A DNA stretch of 64,000 nucleotides from Balanoglossus misakiensis (taxonomy: Eukaryota; Animalia; Hemichordata), in NCBI GenBank assembly GCA_040954595.2, contig CM082598.2, positions 10,121,097 through 10,185,096 on the forward strand. Reading direction: 5' to 3'. The notes under the pieces are model-generated. The model made no database searches, had not been told where the DNA came from, and saw only the letters and a list, made by a program, of their open reading frames with translations. This document shows positions 37,101 to 52,100 of this stretch, in pieces (position 1 is the stretch's first letter; the number at the start of each line of letters is the position of its first letter). Both the position numbers and the translations under genes were made by a program.

Positions 37101-40100
37101 TGAGATAAACGTGGACTTACTTGTCAATCAATCTGGACTGCTCTTGTAACAACAACTCACTCAATGCTTCACTGGTGCTGGATGATTTTGTTGGCACTTG
37201 CATAGCAACAGATAAGGCTTAATTCAGAAACTCTTCTAGTTGGCTGGAATTGGCGCCTGTCAGCTGGTGATACACTGCATATGGTGCAAAGTCAAACAAA
37301 ATTCACCCAATCATAAAATGTATCATTAACATGATCATACCATAAAAAATGTGAATGAATTACAATTATAGCGTGCGCATATTGAATCATACGAAATCAC
37401 ACCAAATAACGCGAGACTTAGAAATAACATTACATGTGTATGGTGCCACTTAAACGACACCATTTATTCTTTTTGAGCCTAAATCATGTTTAACCACAAC
37501 TAGACAACCACAATGACCTTGTGAGAATGAAACCCACCAATAAATACATGTAGATAATCTGAAGCTATCACAGAAACAGAATGTCTTTGACAAAGTATTG
37601 CAAAGCCTTCAGTTGACCGTGAAAAAGTTGACGAAGCATGCATGTGGAAAGTGGAGTGTTGATAACAATGTGAATATATGCACGATAGCTTGCTGCGCTC
37701 GCACTCAGGTCAAACCTGTTACATATTACCAAAAATGTGGATCTATATAATTAACATTGGGTCCGTTCCTTCTTATCCCACTCGTGTTTCTGTTTGTTTG
37801 GTGAGAATATCTAATAGGTTAGCCCCTTTCACTCCCAGTTCCTTCTTTAGAGGTCCAACCTTACCATAGAAAACGATGGGTTTGGACTGGAACATGGCGG
37901 TGAAAGGGTTCAGGTGCTTGAGGGAGTGTTAAAAATGCAGACTTTACCTTTCTATAACATGTCTCTATCTACAGCCATCCGTCCCTCAGTGACGGCTTCA
38001 ATGATTTCACTCACTTCATCCAAGTTGCCACCACTGGCTTTGATGGGACTTTTCTCACTGCTCAGGGATTTCGCTGGAAGGAAGGACGTAAGACTGGAAT
38101 TAAGGCATACGTCCCTACATAAAGGGAGGACATTTGGACATGATACCACAAATGGTTAATGGAGTTTCTGGGAAGGTTTTCAAATTCCAGGAATTTCCAG
38201 GAGTGTACGAATCCAGTTAAGAATTCTTTATGTCATGTGATCTGGCCATGTGACCTGCAGCATTGTCATTTCCAGGTGACGGCAAACAACATAGTGGCAT
38301 CCAGTAAAAGTTTTCCACGTATGTAAGTACTTAAGAACCGCCAGACATGTAACATGTATCAGGTATAGTACCTCATCAGCCTCATGGCATTTTGTCTGCA
38401 CAGTCTTTGTCTGCACCACGTTGCTGAAGTTGCCTGTCATCTGGAAAATTGAATGCCAATGTATTTGCGCTTGAGCTCGTCTGGCGTCTTTTGATATCAA
38501 AGAATAAATGCATTGTACAAACTTGAAACTATGTAGAATTTTTCTATTTATCCTGTGTGATATAGTGAAAACGCTCAAGTTACAGTTTGTGTATGGTTTT
38601 GAGAATTATTTCACTGCTTGAGGTAAGTGAAATAAACAGCTCACCTTGTTGTCTGTTGACTTTTTCATACTGGTTGAGAAGTTTTGTAAACACACTGTTT
38701 TCAGACTTTGATGAACTCAAAATTGCAGACACTAGCTGGACAAATCTCATCATATCTTCCTTCTTTTCAAGATGTTTCTAAATGATATAAAGGAGTGAGA
38801 GTGAGAATTGTGCATGATTATGTCAGTTTTGAACTTTCATGTCTGTTTTGGACTGAGAGCTGTTGAATGAGAGAGAGAGAGGGAGAGAGAGATCGCGCTC
38901 GAACAATCAGGGGGTCACGCAGACGTAATCTTTTCATTGGCGTGATACTGATATCACCACGTAACTTGCAATTCCCAAGAGTGCGACTGTACGTACGTAA
39001 ACTGTATCAAATTCAACTCATTCACGTCATATGAGAGGAGGTATACCGTGCGAATGCGAGCGCTGGGGGAACCGGGTACCGCCTACTTGAAATGGACCTC
39101 TTCCCTTAGTGAAGTCAAATAATCATAATTATCTATCATGTAAGAAGTCAAAAATGTAAGAGAATGTTTTAATAAATATGTCAACTTATTATTTATATTC
39201 CCCTGTATATATTCCCCTGTAAATGTCTCATAATTTGAGGAATAATATTTTGGAAGCTGAACGGAAGTTGCAACTCAAATCAATTTTTCAACTTCTCCAA
39301 TATATGGAATAACACTATAAGCCTACTGACTTGAGAAACTCAAATTGAATTTCAAATTCTCGAACAAACGAAAATATGTTTGAATGTAAGTAATCTTACT
39401 ATAAAATTGACATGCAATTACCTGTCGTTGGTGAAGCAAACTGAACAATGGACATGACAAATGATGTTTTCTGTGTAGATTATAAATAAACTGACTCTCA
39501 TCACTTGATGTTAGGATTTCTTGCATTGCCAGAATGATGTGATCACCAGAATTCTCTGATGAATCAAACAATTTCAGCCTGGAGATTTCCCTGGACAGTG
39601 TCTGTGTGAGAAATGATGGCAAAATATTAATATCATTTATTAGGAAACCTGGCCAGTCACTGAGAAATCTGTCGGCCTTTACAAAGTATAGTTCATAATC
39701 TTCTCATAAAATGATAAAGTTGCCGCAAAGGTATACAGTCACCTATAATTTACATACGCCCATATATGGCTGAAATGGCGTATTTGAGCGTTCTAAAGGA
39801 CATATGGCGGCGCTCTTTTTTTCGCGTGTGCCACCCACTGAAAATCTGTGATTGGCTAGATCTCAAGTTTACCATGGTAACTGTAGTTAAATTACCATAG
39901 GTGACAATATACCTTAACATATCATATTTCTTCTGGGAAGTGTAATTGTTTTAAGATCAAATATTACATGTACATACCAATTGTATGCCTCTCAGATATT
40001 GTCTTTCCGTTGATGCACTCACTTTGTGCTCACCAATACTGAATAGCTGTAAATATAATCAAAGGAGAAGAAATCACTCACTCATTAGCAATGATACTGC

Positions 40101-43100
40101 AAAAGTGGAAGTGACTGATTTTGAGTCTGAAGTTGGAAAAGAGTCCCAGTACAGTGTAGAGAGGTTTCCAGATTAGGTAGATTTTGCTGTCCAACCATTT
40201 TCACACAACGGCCATAAAACTTAAAGAAGAACTATTAAATTACCCAGCCTGATAAGTTTTGTGGTGTTTGGAAAGTCGTCCATGTCTGATGACACAAGAT
40301 CAGCTTTTGATTGTAACATGAGACATGATCAGTTGTGTTTTGGTTCAAAAGAACATGACCTGGTTTAAGAAGCCTTGCAACTTCAGGTGACTACAGAAGG
40401 AGCTATACTGTGCCCATTGGCCTTGATTTGACTGAGAAACCATGATTTACTGAAAAGCCACTTGGAAAAGGGTCCACTTTATTTCTAAACCAAACTTACC
40501 TTCAGGAAGATCATCTTGGCTGACTCTTGACTATCTACAGTGACTTTTCTTTCATCCATCTTGGCTGCAACATCTTTCTTTTCATCCATCTGCATTGCCT
40601 CACTTTTTTCCTCTTTCTTTTCCTCATCTGCAAATAAAAATTGTGTTATGTCCAGGAAATATTATTTACTTTCTGAGAAGAAACTGGAATATCTAGCTTT
40701 GCAAATCAGTTAGTGAAATAAGAGAACGCAAACAATTAATTGTCATGAAATAGTCACCCCTGTTAATATCGCGAAAAATTTCCCATCACAAAAATTACCA
40801 AGATTACAGTAACCTAAAAATATAAAATCCTAATAATGTCCAAAGTTGAAGAATTCTATATGTATGACTTAACTTTTGAGACACTATTTCACAACACAAA
40901 TACTAGTACCTTTGTTCTCTTTATCCAGGAATGAATTTTTTTCCACCTTCTGCTCCTCTCATCTGTTGAACTTCCACTAACTGAGCCATGTATCCTTTGT
41001 CAACCACAGCCTGTTCCATACTGTACAGATCTTGTCTGCAGGCCATGTCGAGATGCTGCAGTAGTTTGCTGTGAAAAGAAACAGAAGTGTTACATGTGTA
41101 TGTGTGTTACAGGGCCAGATCACGGCACATCATGACAAAATCTTTGTGAATATGGTGCTAGCATCATGTTTATAGCAGATCATGTGTATTCATACTTGTG
41201 GGCCAAATGACCTTAATATGTGGTTTGTTGTATGACTTAATTATAACACACACACCCAGTTTTTTTAATAGTCCTGCTTGAAAGATCACAGAGTGTCTTT
41301 GGCTACTGAAAAGCACCACCACAATGAGAGATAACTCACAACACCGAAGAGTAAATCTCTAAAGTTGTAATTTAAACCAAGTATGGAAATTGGGATGTAC
41401 GGTAGCTTTGATGAGGAATAATTCTAGAGTTACAACATACCTCATGCTGTTGACTGGTATACCAAAGGACTGCACAAACAAGACCAACTGAGCTGGTTCC
41501 AAGTCTTCCAGGGCTGAAAAAAATGACAAATTCAGGATGAAAACAACAAAAGTTTGGTGAGAAAAGATCCCAAGTTGAATTGACACACAGATTGGCAGAT
41601 ATTTCCACGAAATATCACATGTAAATGGTGCAACAACAGATTAACCGATCAGGCCATGACAAATACTGCACCTCTTCACAAAAACTGCTGGGTTGCAATT
41701 TATAGCATAAAATTACTGTAAAACAGGACATTTTTGTGATATCACAAGAGAGCTGACTATTCCATTGCTCACATTGTTTCTTTGCGACCATTTATTTTCA
41801 CGTTTTTTGGCTCTCACGAAATTCGCAAAAATTTCCCCTTTTACAATAGTATGGTTGGATCTATACAATGTATACATTGAATGGGGATGAACACTGGACA
41901 GTGGAGCATTCTATATTAAAATTTGGGAAAACATTGAAGCCATATTAAGGTCATACTTGATTAAGCTGAAAGTCGGCACAGAATCAATTTGAAATTCAAT
42001 TGGCTACAAAAATTGACTTTTCTGCCATTCTGAGATCTCCATGCTGAGCTCAATTATGTTGCTGCTTCATATAGTGGTCAGCAATAAAAACTTACTACTG
42101 TTACAGTGGTTATACATGTAACTCTTATTAAATGTTTTTTTTTTCTTGTTTTATCATGAAATCTGACAATATCACGAAATCTGACTGTGGGTGGCACGAC
42201 AGAATAAAACTGGTTTTCGTCTCAACTTTTGTACATGTAGTGACACAATGAAAGAATGACAGAGAAACTGCTAACAGACAGATTATTATATATTTTTTTA
42301 CCTTTTCATGTCACTTTTATAAAACACTGCATGGCAACAAATGTGAACCATGAACAATTTGCAAGACAATGAACTAGAAGTTGAACGAGATTTGAAGACC
42401 TGCTCTGGAAGTAATTGATTGACACTCACCCATGAGTAAGATTCCGCATGGGGCTGTGTGGCTTTCTTCAAGTAATTGTAGAATATATGTAACATGGATG
42501 TCAGTGTACATAGCGTTGGTCTGGTCGGCACTGGTGTCTCTACACAGCATGGAGCTGAGTATGGTGGGCCTTTCTACAATCAACTGAGCTAAATGTGACA
42601 ATGTGTAATTAAAGAGAAATATACAGTCAGTGGAGTAAAGGGTATAACACAATCATACTGATGGAATTCTCACTACCTGAAATAGGTTTTTGCTACCTAG
42701 GTGAGTGATGAATAAAGGTCTAATGTCCTCTCTGATATAACATACTAGTGTATGGTAAATGTCTTTCAGAGATCTACACATTAAAGGGACAAACTCTCTA
42801 CAGTTAATTCATTTTGGGGAGATTTTTACTCTCATATCCTACAAACGGGATGGAAGTTGTGTGTGGTCGAACATTGATTCACTATATATCCACATGTAGA
42901 ATAACATAAATGGTGTCTTGTATCAAACATAATGTATGGAAAAAGGGCAGCGAGAGAGAGACTTTGTCCCTTTAAATATCATAGCTGGCATACAGTTATA
43001 AATATGCATTTTTTGATTTATGTCTTGCAAGTACAAAACTGTTCTTTATTAAAAAGAAATACAGACAAGGTGATCCCAGGAACATAAAACCCAAAACTCA

Positions 43101-46100
43101 AAGCTACCAGACAGATGAGTCTTGAGATAAACTTGGACTTACTTGTCAATCAATCTGGACTGCTCTTGTAACAACAACTCACTCAATGCTTCACTGGTGC
43201 TGGATGATTTTGTTGGCACTTGCATAGCAACAGATAAGGCTTTATTCAGAAACTCTTCTAGTTGGCTGGAATTGGCGCCTGTCAGCTGGTGATACACTGC
43301 ATATGGTGCAAAGTCAAACAAAATTCACCCAATCATAAAATGTATCATTAACATGATCATACCATAAAAAATGTGAATGAATTACAATTATAGCGTGCGC
43401 ATATTGAATCATACGAAATCACACCAAATAACGCGAGACTTAGAAATAACATTACATGTGTATGGTGCCACTTAAACGACACCATTTATTCTTTTTGAGC
43501 CTAAATCATGTTTAACCACAACTAGACAACCACAATGACCTTGTGAGAATGAAACCCACCAATAAATACATGTAGATAATCTGAAGCTATCACAGAAACA
43601 GAATGTCTTTGACAAAGTATTGCAAAGCCTTCAGTTGACCGTGAAAAAGTTGACGAAGCATGCATGTGGAAAGTGGAGTGTTGATAACAATGTGAATATA
43701 TGCACGATAGCTTGCTGCGCTCGCACTCAGGTCAAACCTGTTACATATTACCAAAAATGTGGATCTATATAATTAACATTGGGTCCGTTCCTTCTTATCC
43801 CACTCGTGTTTCTGTTTGTTTGGTGAGAATATCTAATAGGTTAGCCCCTTTCACTCCCAGTTCCTTCTTTAGAGGTCCAACCTTACCATAGAAAACGATG
43901 GGTTTGGACTGGAACATGGCGGTGAAAGGGTTCAGGTGCTTGAGGGAGTGTTAAAAATGCAGACTTTACCTTTCTATAACATGTCTCTATCTACAGCCAT
44001 CCGTCCCTCAGTGACGGCTTCAATGATTTCACTCACTTCATCCAAGTTGCCACCACTGGCTTTGATGGGACTTTTCTCACTGCTCAGGGATTTCGCTGGA
44101 AGGAAGGACGTAAGACTGGAATTAAGGCATACGTCCCTACATAAAGGGAGGACATTTGGACATGATACCACAAATGGTTAATGGAGTTTCTGGGAAGGTT
44201 TTCAAATTCCAGGAATTTCCAGGAGTGTACGAATCCAGTTAAGAATTCTTTATGTCATGTGATCTGGCCATGTGACCTGCAGCATTGTCATTTCCAGGTG
44301 ACGGCAAACAACATAGTGGCATCCAGTAAAAGTTTTCCACGTATGTAAGTACTTAAGAACCGCCAGACATGTAACATGTATCAGGTATAGTACCTCATCA
44401 GCCTCATGGCATTTTGTCTGCACAGTCTTTGTCTGCACCACGTTGCTGAAGTTGCCTGTCATCTGGAAAATTGAATGCCAATGTATTTGCGCTTGAGCTC
44501 GTCTGGCGTCTTTTGATATCAAAGAATAAATGCATTGTACAAACTTGAAACTATGTAGAATTTTTCTATTTATCCTGTGTGATATAGTGAAAACGCTCAA
44601 GTTACAGTTTGTGTATGGTTTTGAGAATTATTTCACTGCTTGAGGTAAGTGAAATAAACAGCTCACCTTGTTGTCTGTTGACTTTTTCATACTGGTTGAG
44701 AAGTTTTGTAAACACACTGTTTTCAGACTTTGATGAACTCAAAATTGCAGACACTAGCTGGACAAATCTCATCATATCTTCCTTCTTTTCAAGATGTTTC
44801 TAAATGATATAAAGGAGTGAGAGTGAGAATTGTGCATGATTATGTCAGTTTTGAACTTTCATGTCTGTTTTGGACTGAGAGCTGTTGAATGAGAGAGAGA
44901 GAGGGAGAGAGAGATCGCGCTCGAACAATCAGGGGGTCACGCAGACGTAATCTTTTCATTGGCGTGATACTGATATCACCACGTAACTTGCAATTCCCAA
45001 GAGTGCGACTGTACGTACGTAAACTGTATCAAATTCAACTCATTCACGTCATATGAGAGGAGGTATACCGTGCGAATGCGAGCGCTGGGGGAACCGGGTA
45101 CCGCCTACTTGAAATGGACCTCTTCCCTTAGTGAAGTCAAATAATCATAATTATCTATCATGTAAGAAGTCAAAAATGTAAGAGAATGTTTTAATAAATA
45201 TGTCAACTTATTATTTATATTCCCCTGTATATATTCCCCTGTAAATGTCTCATAATTTGAGGAATAATATTTTGGAAGCTGAACGGAAGTTGCAACTCAA
45301 ATCAATTTTTCAACTTCTCCAATATATGGAATAACACTATAAGCCTACTGACTTGAGAAACTCAAATTGAATTTCAAATTCTCGAACAAACGAAAATATG
45401 TTTGAATGTAAGTAATCTTACTATAAAATTGACATGCAATTACCTGTCGTTGGTGAAGCAAACTGAACAATGGACATGACAAATGATGTTTTCTGTGTAG
45501 ATTATAAATAAACTGACTCTCATCACTTGATGTTAGGATTTCTTGCATTGCCAGAATGATGTGATCACCAGAATTCTCTGATGAATCAAACAATTTCAGC
45601 CTGGAGATTTCCCTGGACAGTGTCTGTGTGAGAAATGATGGCAAAATATTAATATCATTTATTAGGAAACCTGGCCAGTCACTGAGAAATCTGTCGGCCT
45701 TTACAAAGTATAGTTCATAATCTTCTCATAAAATGATAAAGTTGCCGCAAAGGTATACAGTCACCTATAATTTACATACGCCCATATATGGCTGAAATGG
45801 CGTATTTGAGCGTTCTAAAGGACATATGGCGGCGCTCTTTTTTTCGCGTGTGCCACCCACTGAAAATCTGTGATTGGCTAGATCTCAAGTTTACCATGGT
45901 AACTGTAGTTAAATTACCATAGGTGACAATATACCTTAACATATCATATTTCTTCTGGGAAGTGTAATTGTTTTAAGATCAAATATTACATGTACATACC
46001 AATTGTATGCCTCTCAGATATTGTCTTTCCGTTGATGCACTCACTTTGTGCTCACCAATACTGAATAGCTGTAAATATAATCAAAGGAGAAGAAATCACT

Positions 46101-49100
46101 CACTCATTAGCAATGATACTGCAAAAGTGGAAGTGACTGATTTTGAGTCTGAAGTTGGAAAAGAGTCCCAGTACAGTGTAGAGAGGTTTCCAGATTAGGT
46201 AGATTTTGCTGTCCAACCATTTTCACACAACGGCCATAAAACTTAAAGAAGAACTATTAAATTACCCAGCCTGATAAGTTTTGTGGTGTTTGGAAAGTCG
46301 TCCATGTCTGATGACACAAGATCAGCTTTTGATTGTAACATGAGACATGATCAGTTGTGTTTTGGTTCAAAAGAACATGACCTGGTTTAAGAAGCCTTGC
46401 AACTTCAGGTGACTACAGAAGGAGCTATACTGTGCCCATTGGCCTTGATTTGACTGAGAAACCATGATTTACTGAAAAGCCACTTGGAAAAGGGTCCACT
46501 TTATTTCTAAACCAAACTTACCTTCAGGAAGATCATCTTGGCTGACTCTTGACTATCTACAGTGACTTTTCTTTCATCCATCTTGGCTGCAACATCTTTC
46601 TTTTCATCCATCTGCATTGCCTCACTTTTTTCCTCTTTCTTTTCCTCATCTGCAAATAAAAATTGTGTTATGTCCAGGAAATATTATTTACTTTCTGAGA
46701 AGAAACTGGAATATCTAGCTTTGCAAATCAGTTAGTGAAATAAGAGAACGCAAACAATTAATTGTCATGAAATAGTCACCCCTGTTAATATCGCGAAAAA
46801 TTTCCCATCACAAAAATTACCAAGATTACAGTAACCTAAAAATATAAAATCCTAATAATGTCCAAAGTTGAAGAATTCTATATGTATGACTTAACTTTTG
46901 AGACACTATTTCACAACACAAATACTAGTACCTTTGTTCTCTTTATCCAGGAATGAATTTTTTTCCACCTTCTGCTCCTCTCATCTGTTGAACTTCCACT
47001 AACTGAGCCATGTATCCTTTGTCAACCACAGCCTGTTCCATACTGTACAGATCTTGTCTGCAGGCCATGTCGAGATGCTGCAGTAGTTTGCTGTGAAAAG
47101 AAACAGAAGTGTTACATGTGTATGTGTGTTACAGGGCCAGATCACGGCACATCATGACAAAATCTTTGTGAATATGGTGCTAGCATCATGTTTATAGCAG
47201 ATCATGTGTATTCATACTTGTGGGCCAAATGACCTTAATATGTGGTTTGTTGTATGACTTAATTATAACACACACACCCAGTTTTTTTAATAGTCCTGCT
47301 TGAAAGATCACAGAGTGTCTTTGGCTACTGAAAAGCACCACCACAATGAGAGATAACTCACAACACCGAAGAGTAAATCTCTAAAGTTGTAATTTAAACC
47401 AAGTATGGAAATTGGGATGTACGGTAGCTTTGATGAGGAATAATTCTAGAGTTACAACATACCTCATGCTGTTGACTGGTATACCAAAGGACTGCACAAA
47501 CAAGACCAACTGAGCTGGTTCCAAGTCTTCCAGGGCTGAAAAAAATGACAAATTCAGGATGAAAACAACAAAAGTTTGGTGAGAAAAGATCCCAAGTTGA
47601 ATTGACACACAGATTGGCAGATATTTCCACGAAATATCACATGTAAATGGTGCAACAACAGATTAACCGATCAGGCCATGACAAATACTGCACCTCTTCA
47701 CAAAAACTGCTGGGTTGCAATTTATAGCATAAAATTACTGTAAAACAGGAAATTTTTGTGATATCACAAGAGAGCTGACTATTCCATTGCTCACATTGTT
47801 TCTTTGCGACCATTTATTTTCACGTTTTTTGGCTCTCACGAAATTCGCAAAAATTTCCCCTTTTACAATAGTATGGTTGGATCTATACAATGTATACATT
47901 GAATGGGGATGAACACTGGACAGTGGAGCATTCTATATTAAAATTTGGGAAAACATTGAAGCCATATTAAGGTCATACTTGATTAAGCTGAAAGTCGGCA
48001 CAGAATCAATTTGAAATTCAATTGGCTACAAAAATTGACTTTTCTGCCATTCTGAGATCTCCATGCTGAGCTCAATTATGTTGCTGCTTCATATAGTGGT
48101 CAGCAATAAAAACTTACTACTGTTACAGTGGTTATACATGTAACTCTTATTAAATGTTTTTTTTTCTTGTTTTATCATGAAATCTGACAATATCACGAAA
48201 TCTGACTGTGGGTGGCACGACAGAATAAAACTGGTTTTCGTCTCAACTTTTGTACATGTAGTGATACAATGAAAGAATGACAGAGAAACTGCTAACAGAC
48301 AGATTATTATATATTTTTTTACCTTTTCATGTCACTTTTATAAAACACTGCATGGCAACAAATGTGAACCATGAACAATTTGCAAGACAATGAACTAGAA
48401 GTTGAACGAGATTTGAAGACCTGCTCTGGAAGTAATTGATTGACACTCACCCATGAGTAAGATTCCGCATGGGGCTGTGTGGCTTTCTTCAAGTAATTGT
48501 AGAATATATGTAACATGGATGTCAGTGTACATAGTGTTGGTCTGGTCGGCACTGGTGTCTCTACACAGCATGGAGCTGAGTATGGTGGGCCTTTCTACAA
48601 TCAACTGAGCTAAATGTGACAATGTGTAATTAAAGAGAAATATACAGTCAGTGGAGTAAAGGGTATAACACAATCATACTGATGGAATTCTCACTACCTG
48701 AAATGGGTTTTTGCTACCTAGGTGAGTGATGAATAAAGGTCTAATGTCCTCTCTGATATAACATACTAGTGTATGGTAAATGTCTTTCAGAGATCTACAC
48801 ATTAAAGGGACAAACTCTCTACAGTTAATTCATTTTGGGGAGATTTTTACTCTCATATCCTACAAACGGGATGGAAGTTGTGTGTGGTCGAACATTGATT
48901 CACTATATATCCACATGTAGAATAACATAAATGGTGTCTTGTATCAAACATAATGTATGGAAAAAGGGCAGCGAGAGAGAGACTTTGTCCCTTTAAATAT
49001 CATAGCTGGCATACAGTTATAAATATGCATTTTTTGATTTATGTCTTGCAAGTACAAAACTGTTCTTTATTAAAAAGAAATACAGACAAGGTGATCCCAG

Positions 49101-52100
49101 GAACATAAAACCCAAAACTCAAAGCTACCAGACAGATGAGTCTTGAGATAAACGTGGACTTACTTGTCAATCAATCTGGACTGCTCTTGTAACAACAACT
49201 CACTCAATGCTTCACTGGTGCTGGATGATTTTGTTGGCACTTGCATAGCAACAGATAAGGCTTTATTCAGAAACTCTTCTAGTTGGCTGGAATTGGCGCC
49301 TGTCAGCTGGTGATACACTGCATATGGTGCAAAGTCAAACAAAATTCACCCAATCATAAAATGTATCATTAACATGATCATACCATAAAAAATGTGAATG
49401 AATTACAATTATAGCGTGCGCATATTGAATCATACGAAATCACACCAAATAACGCGAGACTTAGAAATAACATTACATGTGTATGTTGCCACTTAAACGA
49501 CACCATTTATTCTTTTTGAGCCTAAATCATGTTTAACCACAACTAGACAACCACAATGACCTTGTGAGAATGAAACCCACCAATAAATACATGTAGATAA
49601 TCTGAAGCTATCACAGAAACAGAATGTCTTTGACAAAGTATTGCAAAGCCTTCAGTTGACCGCGAAAAAGTTGACGAAGCATGCATGTGGAAAGTGGAGT
49701 GTTGATAACAATGTGAATATATGCACGATAGCTTGCTGCGCTCGCACTCAGGTCAAACCTGTTACATATTACCAAAAATGTGGATCTATATAATTAACAT
49801 TGGGTCCGTTCCTTCTTATCCCACTCGTGTTTCTGTTTGTTTGGTGAGAATATCTAATAGGTTAGCCCCTTTCACTCCCAGTTCCTTCTTTAGAGGTCCA
49901 ACCTTACCATAGAAAACGATGGGTTTGGACTGGAACATGGCGGTGAAAGGGTTCAGGTGCTTGAGGGAGTGTTAAAAATGCAGACTTTACCTTTCTATAA
50001 CATGTCTCTATCTACAGCCATCCGTCCCTCAGTGACGGCTTCAATGATTTCACTCACTTCATCCAAGTTGCCACCACTGGCTTTGATGGGACTTTTCTCA
50101 CTGCTCAGGGATTTCGCTGGAAGGAAGGACGCAAGACTGGAATTAAGGCATACGTCCCTACATAAAGGGAGGACATTTGGACATGATACCACAAATGGTT
50201 AATGGAGTTTCTGGGAAGGTTTTCAAATTCCAGGAATTTCCAGGAGTGTACGAATCCAGTTAAGAATTCTTTATGTCATGTGATCTGGCCATGTGACCTG
50301 CAGCATTGTCATTTCCAGGTGACGGCAAACAACATAGTGGCATCCAGTAAAAGTTTTCCACGTATGTAAGTACTTAAGAACCGCCAGACATGTAACATGT
50401 ATCAGGTATAGTACCTCATCAGCCTCATGGCATTTTGTCTGCACAGTCTTTGTCTGCACCACGTTGCTGAAGTTGCCTGTCATCTGGAAAATTGAATGCC
50501 AACGTATTTGCGCTTGAGCGCGTCTGGCGTCTTTTGATATCAAAGAATAAATGCATTTTACAAACTTGAAACTATGTAGAATTTTTCTATTTATCCTGTG
50601 TGATATAGTGAAAACGCTCAAGTTACAGTTTGTGTATGGTTTTGAGAATTATTTCACTGCTTAAGGTAAGTGAAATAAACAGCTCACCTTGTTGTCTGTT
50701 GACTTTTTCATACTGGTTGAGAAGTTTTGTAAACACACTGTTTTCAGACTTTGATGAACTCAAAATTGCAGACACTAGCTGGACAAATCTCATCATATCT
50801 TCCTTCTTTTCAAGATGTTTCTAAATGATATAAAGGAGTGAGAGTGAGAATTGTGCATGATTATGTCAGTTTTGAACTTTCATGTCTGTTTTGGACTGAG
50901 AGCTGTTGAATGAGAGAGAGAGAGGGAGAGAGATATCGCGCTCGAACAATCAGGGGGTCACGCAGACGTAATCTTTTCATTGGCGTGATACTGATATCAC
51001 CACGTAACTTGCAATTCCCAAGAGTGCGACTGTACGTACGTAAACTGTATCAAATTCAACTCATTCACGTCATATGAGAGGAGGTATACCGTGCGAATGC
51101 AAGCGCTGGGGGAACCGGGTACCGCCTACTTGAAATGGACCTCTTCCCTTAGTGAAGTCAAATAATCATAATTATCTATCATGTAAGAAGTCAAAAATGT
51201 AAGAGAATGTTTTAATAAATATGTCAACTTATTATTTATATTCCCCTGTATATATTCCCCTGTAAATGTCTCATAATTTGAGGAATAATATTTTGGAAGC
51301 TGAACGGAAGTTGCAACTCAAATCAAATTTCAACTTCTCCAATATATGGAATAACACTATAAGCCTACTGACTTGAGAAACTCAAATTGAATTTCAAATT
51401 CTTGAACAAACGAAAATATGTTTGAATGTAAGTAATCTTACTATAAAATTGACATGCAATTACCTGTCGTTGGTGAAGCAAACTGAACAATGGACATGAC
51501 AAATGATGTTTTCTGTGTAGATTATAAATAAACTGACTCTCATCACTTGATGTTAGGATTTCTTGCATTGCCAGAATGATGCGATCACCAGAATTCTCTG
51601 ATGAATCAAACAATTTCAGCCTGGAGATTTCCCTGGACAGTGTCTGTGTGAGAAATGATGGCAAAATATTAATATCATTTATTAGGAAACCTGGCCAGTC
51701 ACTGAGAAATCTGTCGGCCTTTACAAAGTATAGTTCATAATCTTCTCATAAAATGATAAAGTTGCCGCAAAGGTATACAGTCACCTATAATTTACATACG
51801 CCCATATATGGCTGAAATGGCGTATTTGAGCGTTCTAAAGGACATATGGCGGCGCTCTTTTTTTCGCGTGTGCCACCCACTGAAAATCTGTGATTGGCTA
51901 GATCTCAAGTTTACCATGGTAACTGTAGTTAAATTACCATAGGTGACAATATACCTTAACATATCATATTTCTTCTGGGAAGTGTAATTGTTTTAAGATC
52001 AAATATTACATGTACATACCAATTGTATGCCTCTCAGATATTGTCTTTCCGTTGATGCACTCACTTTGTGCTCACCAATACTGAATAGCTGTAAATATAA

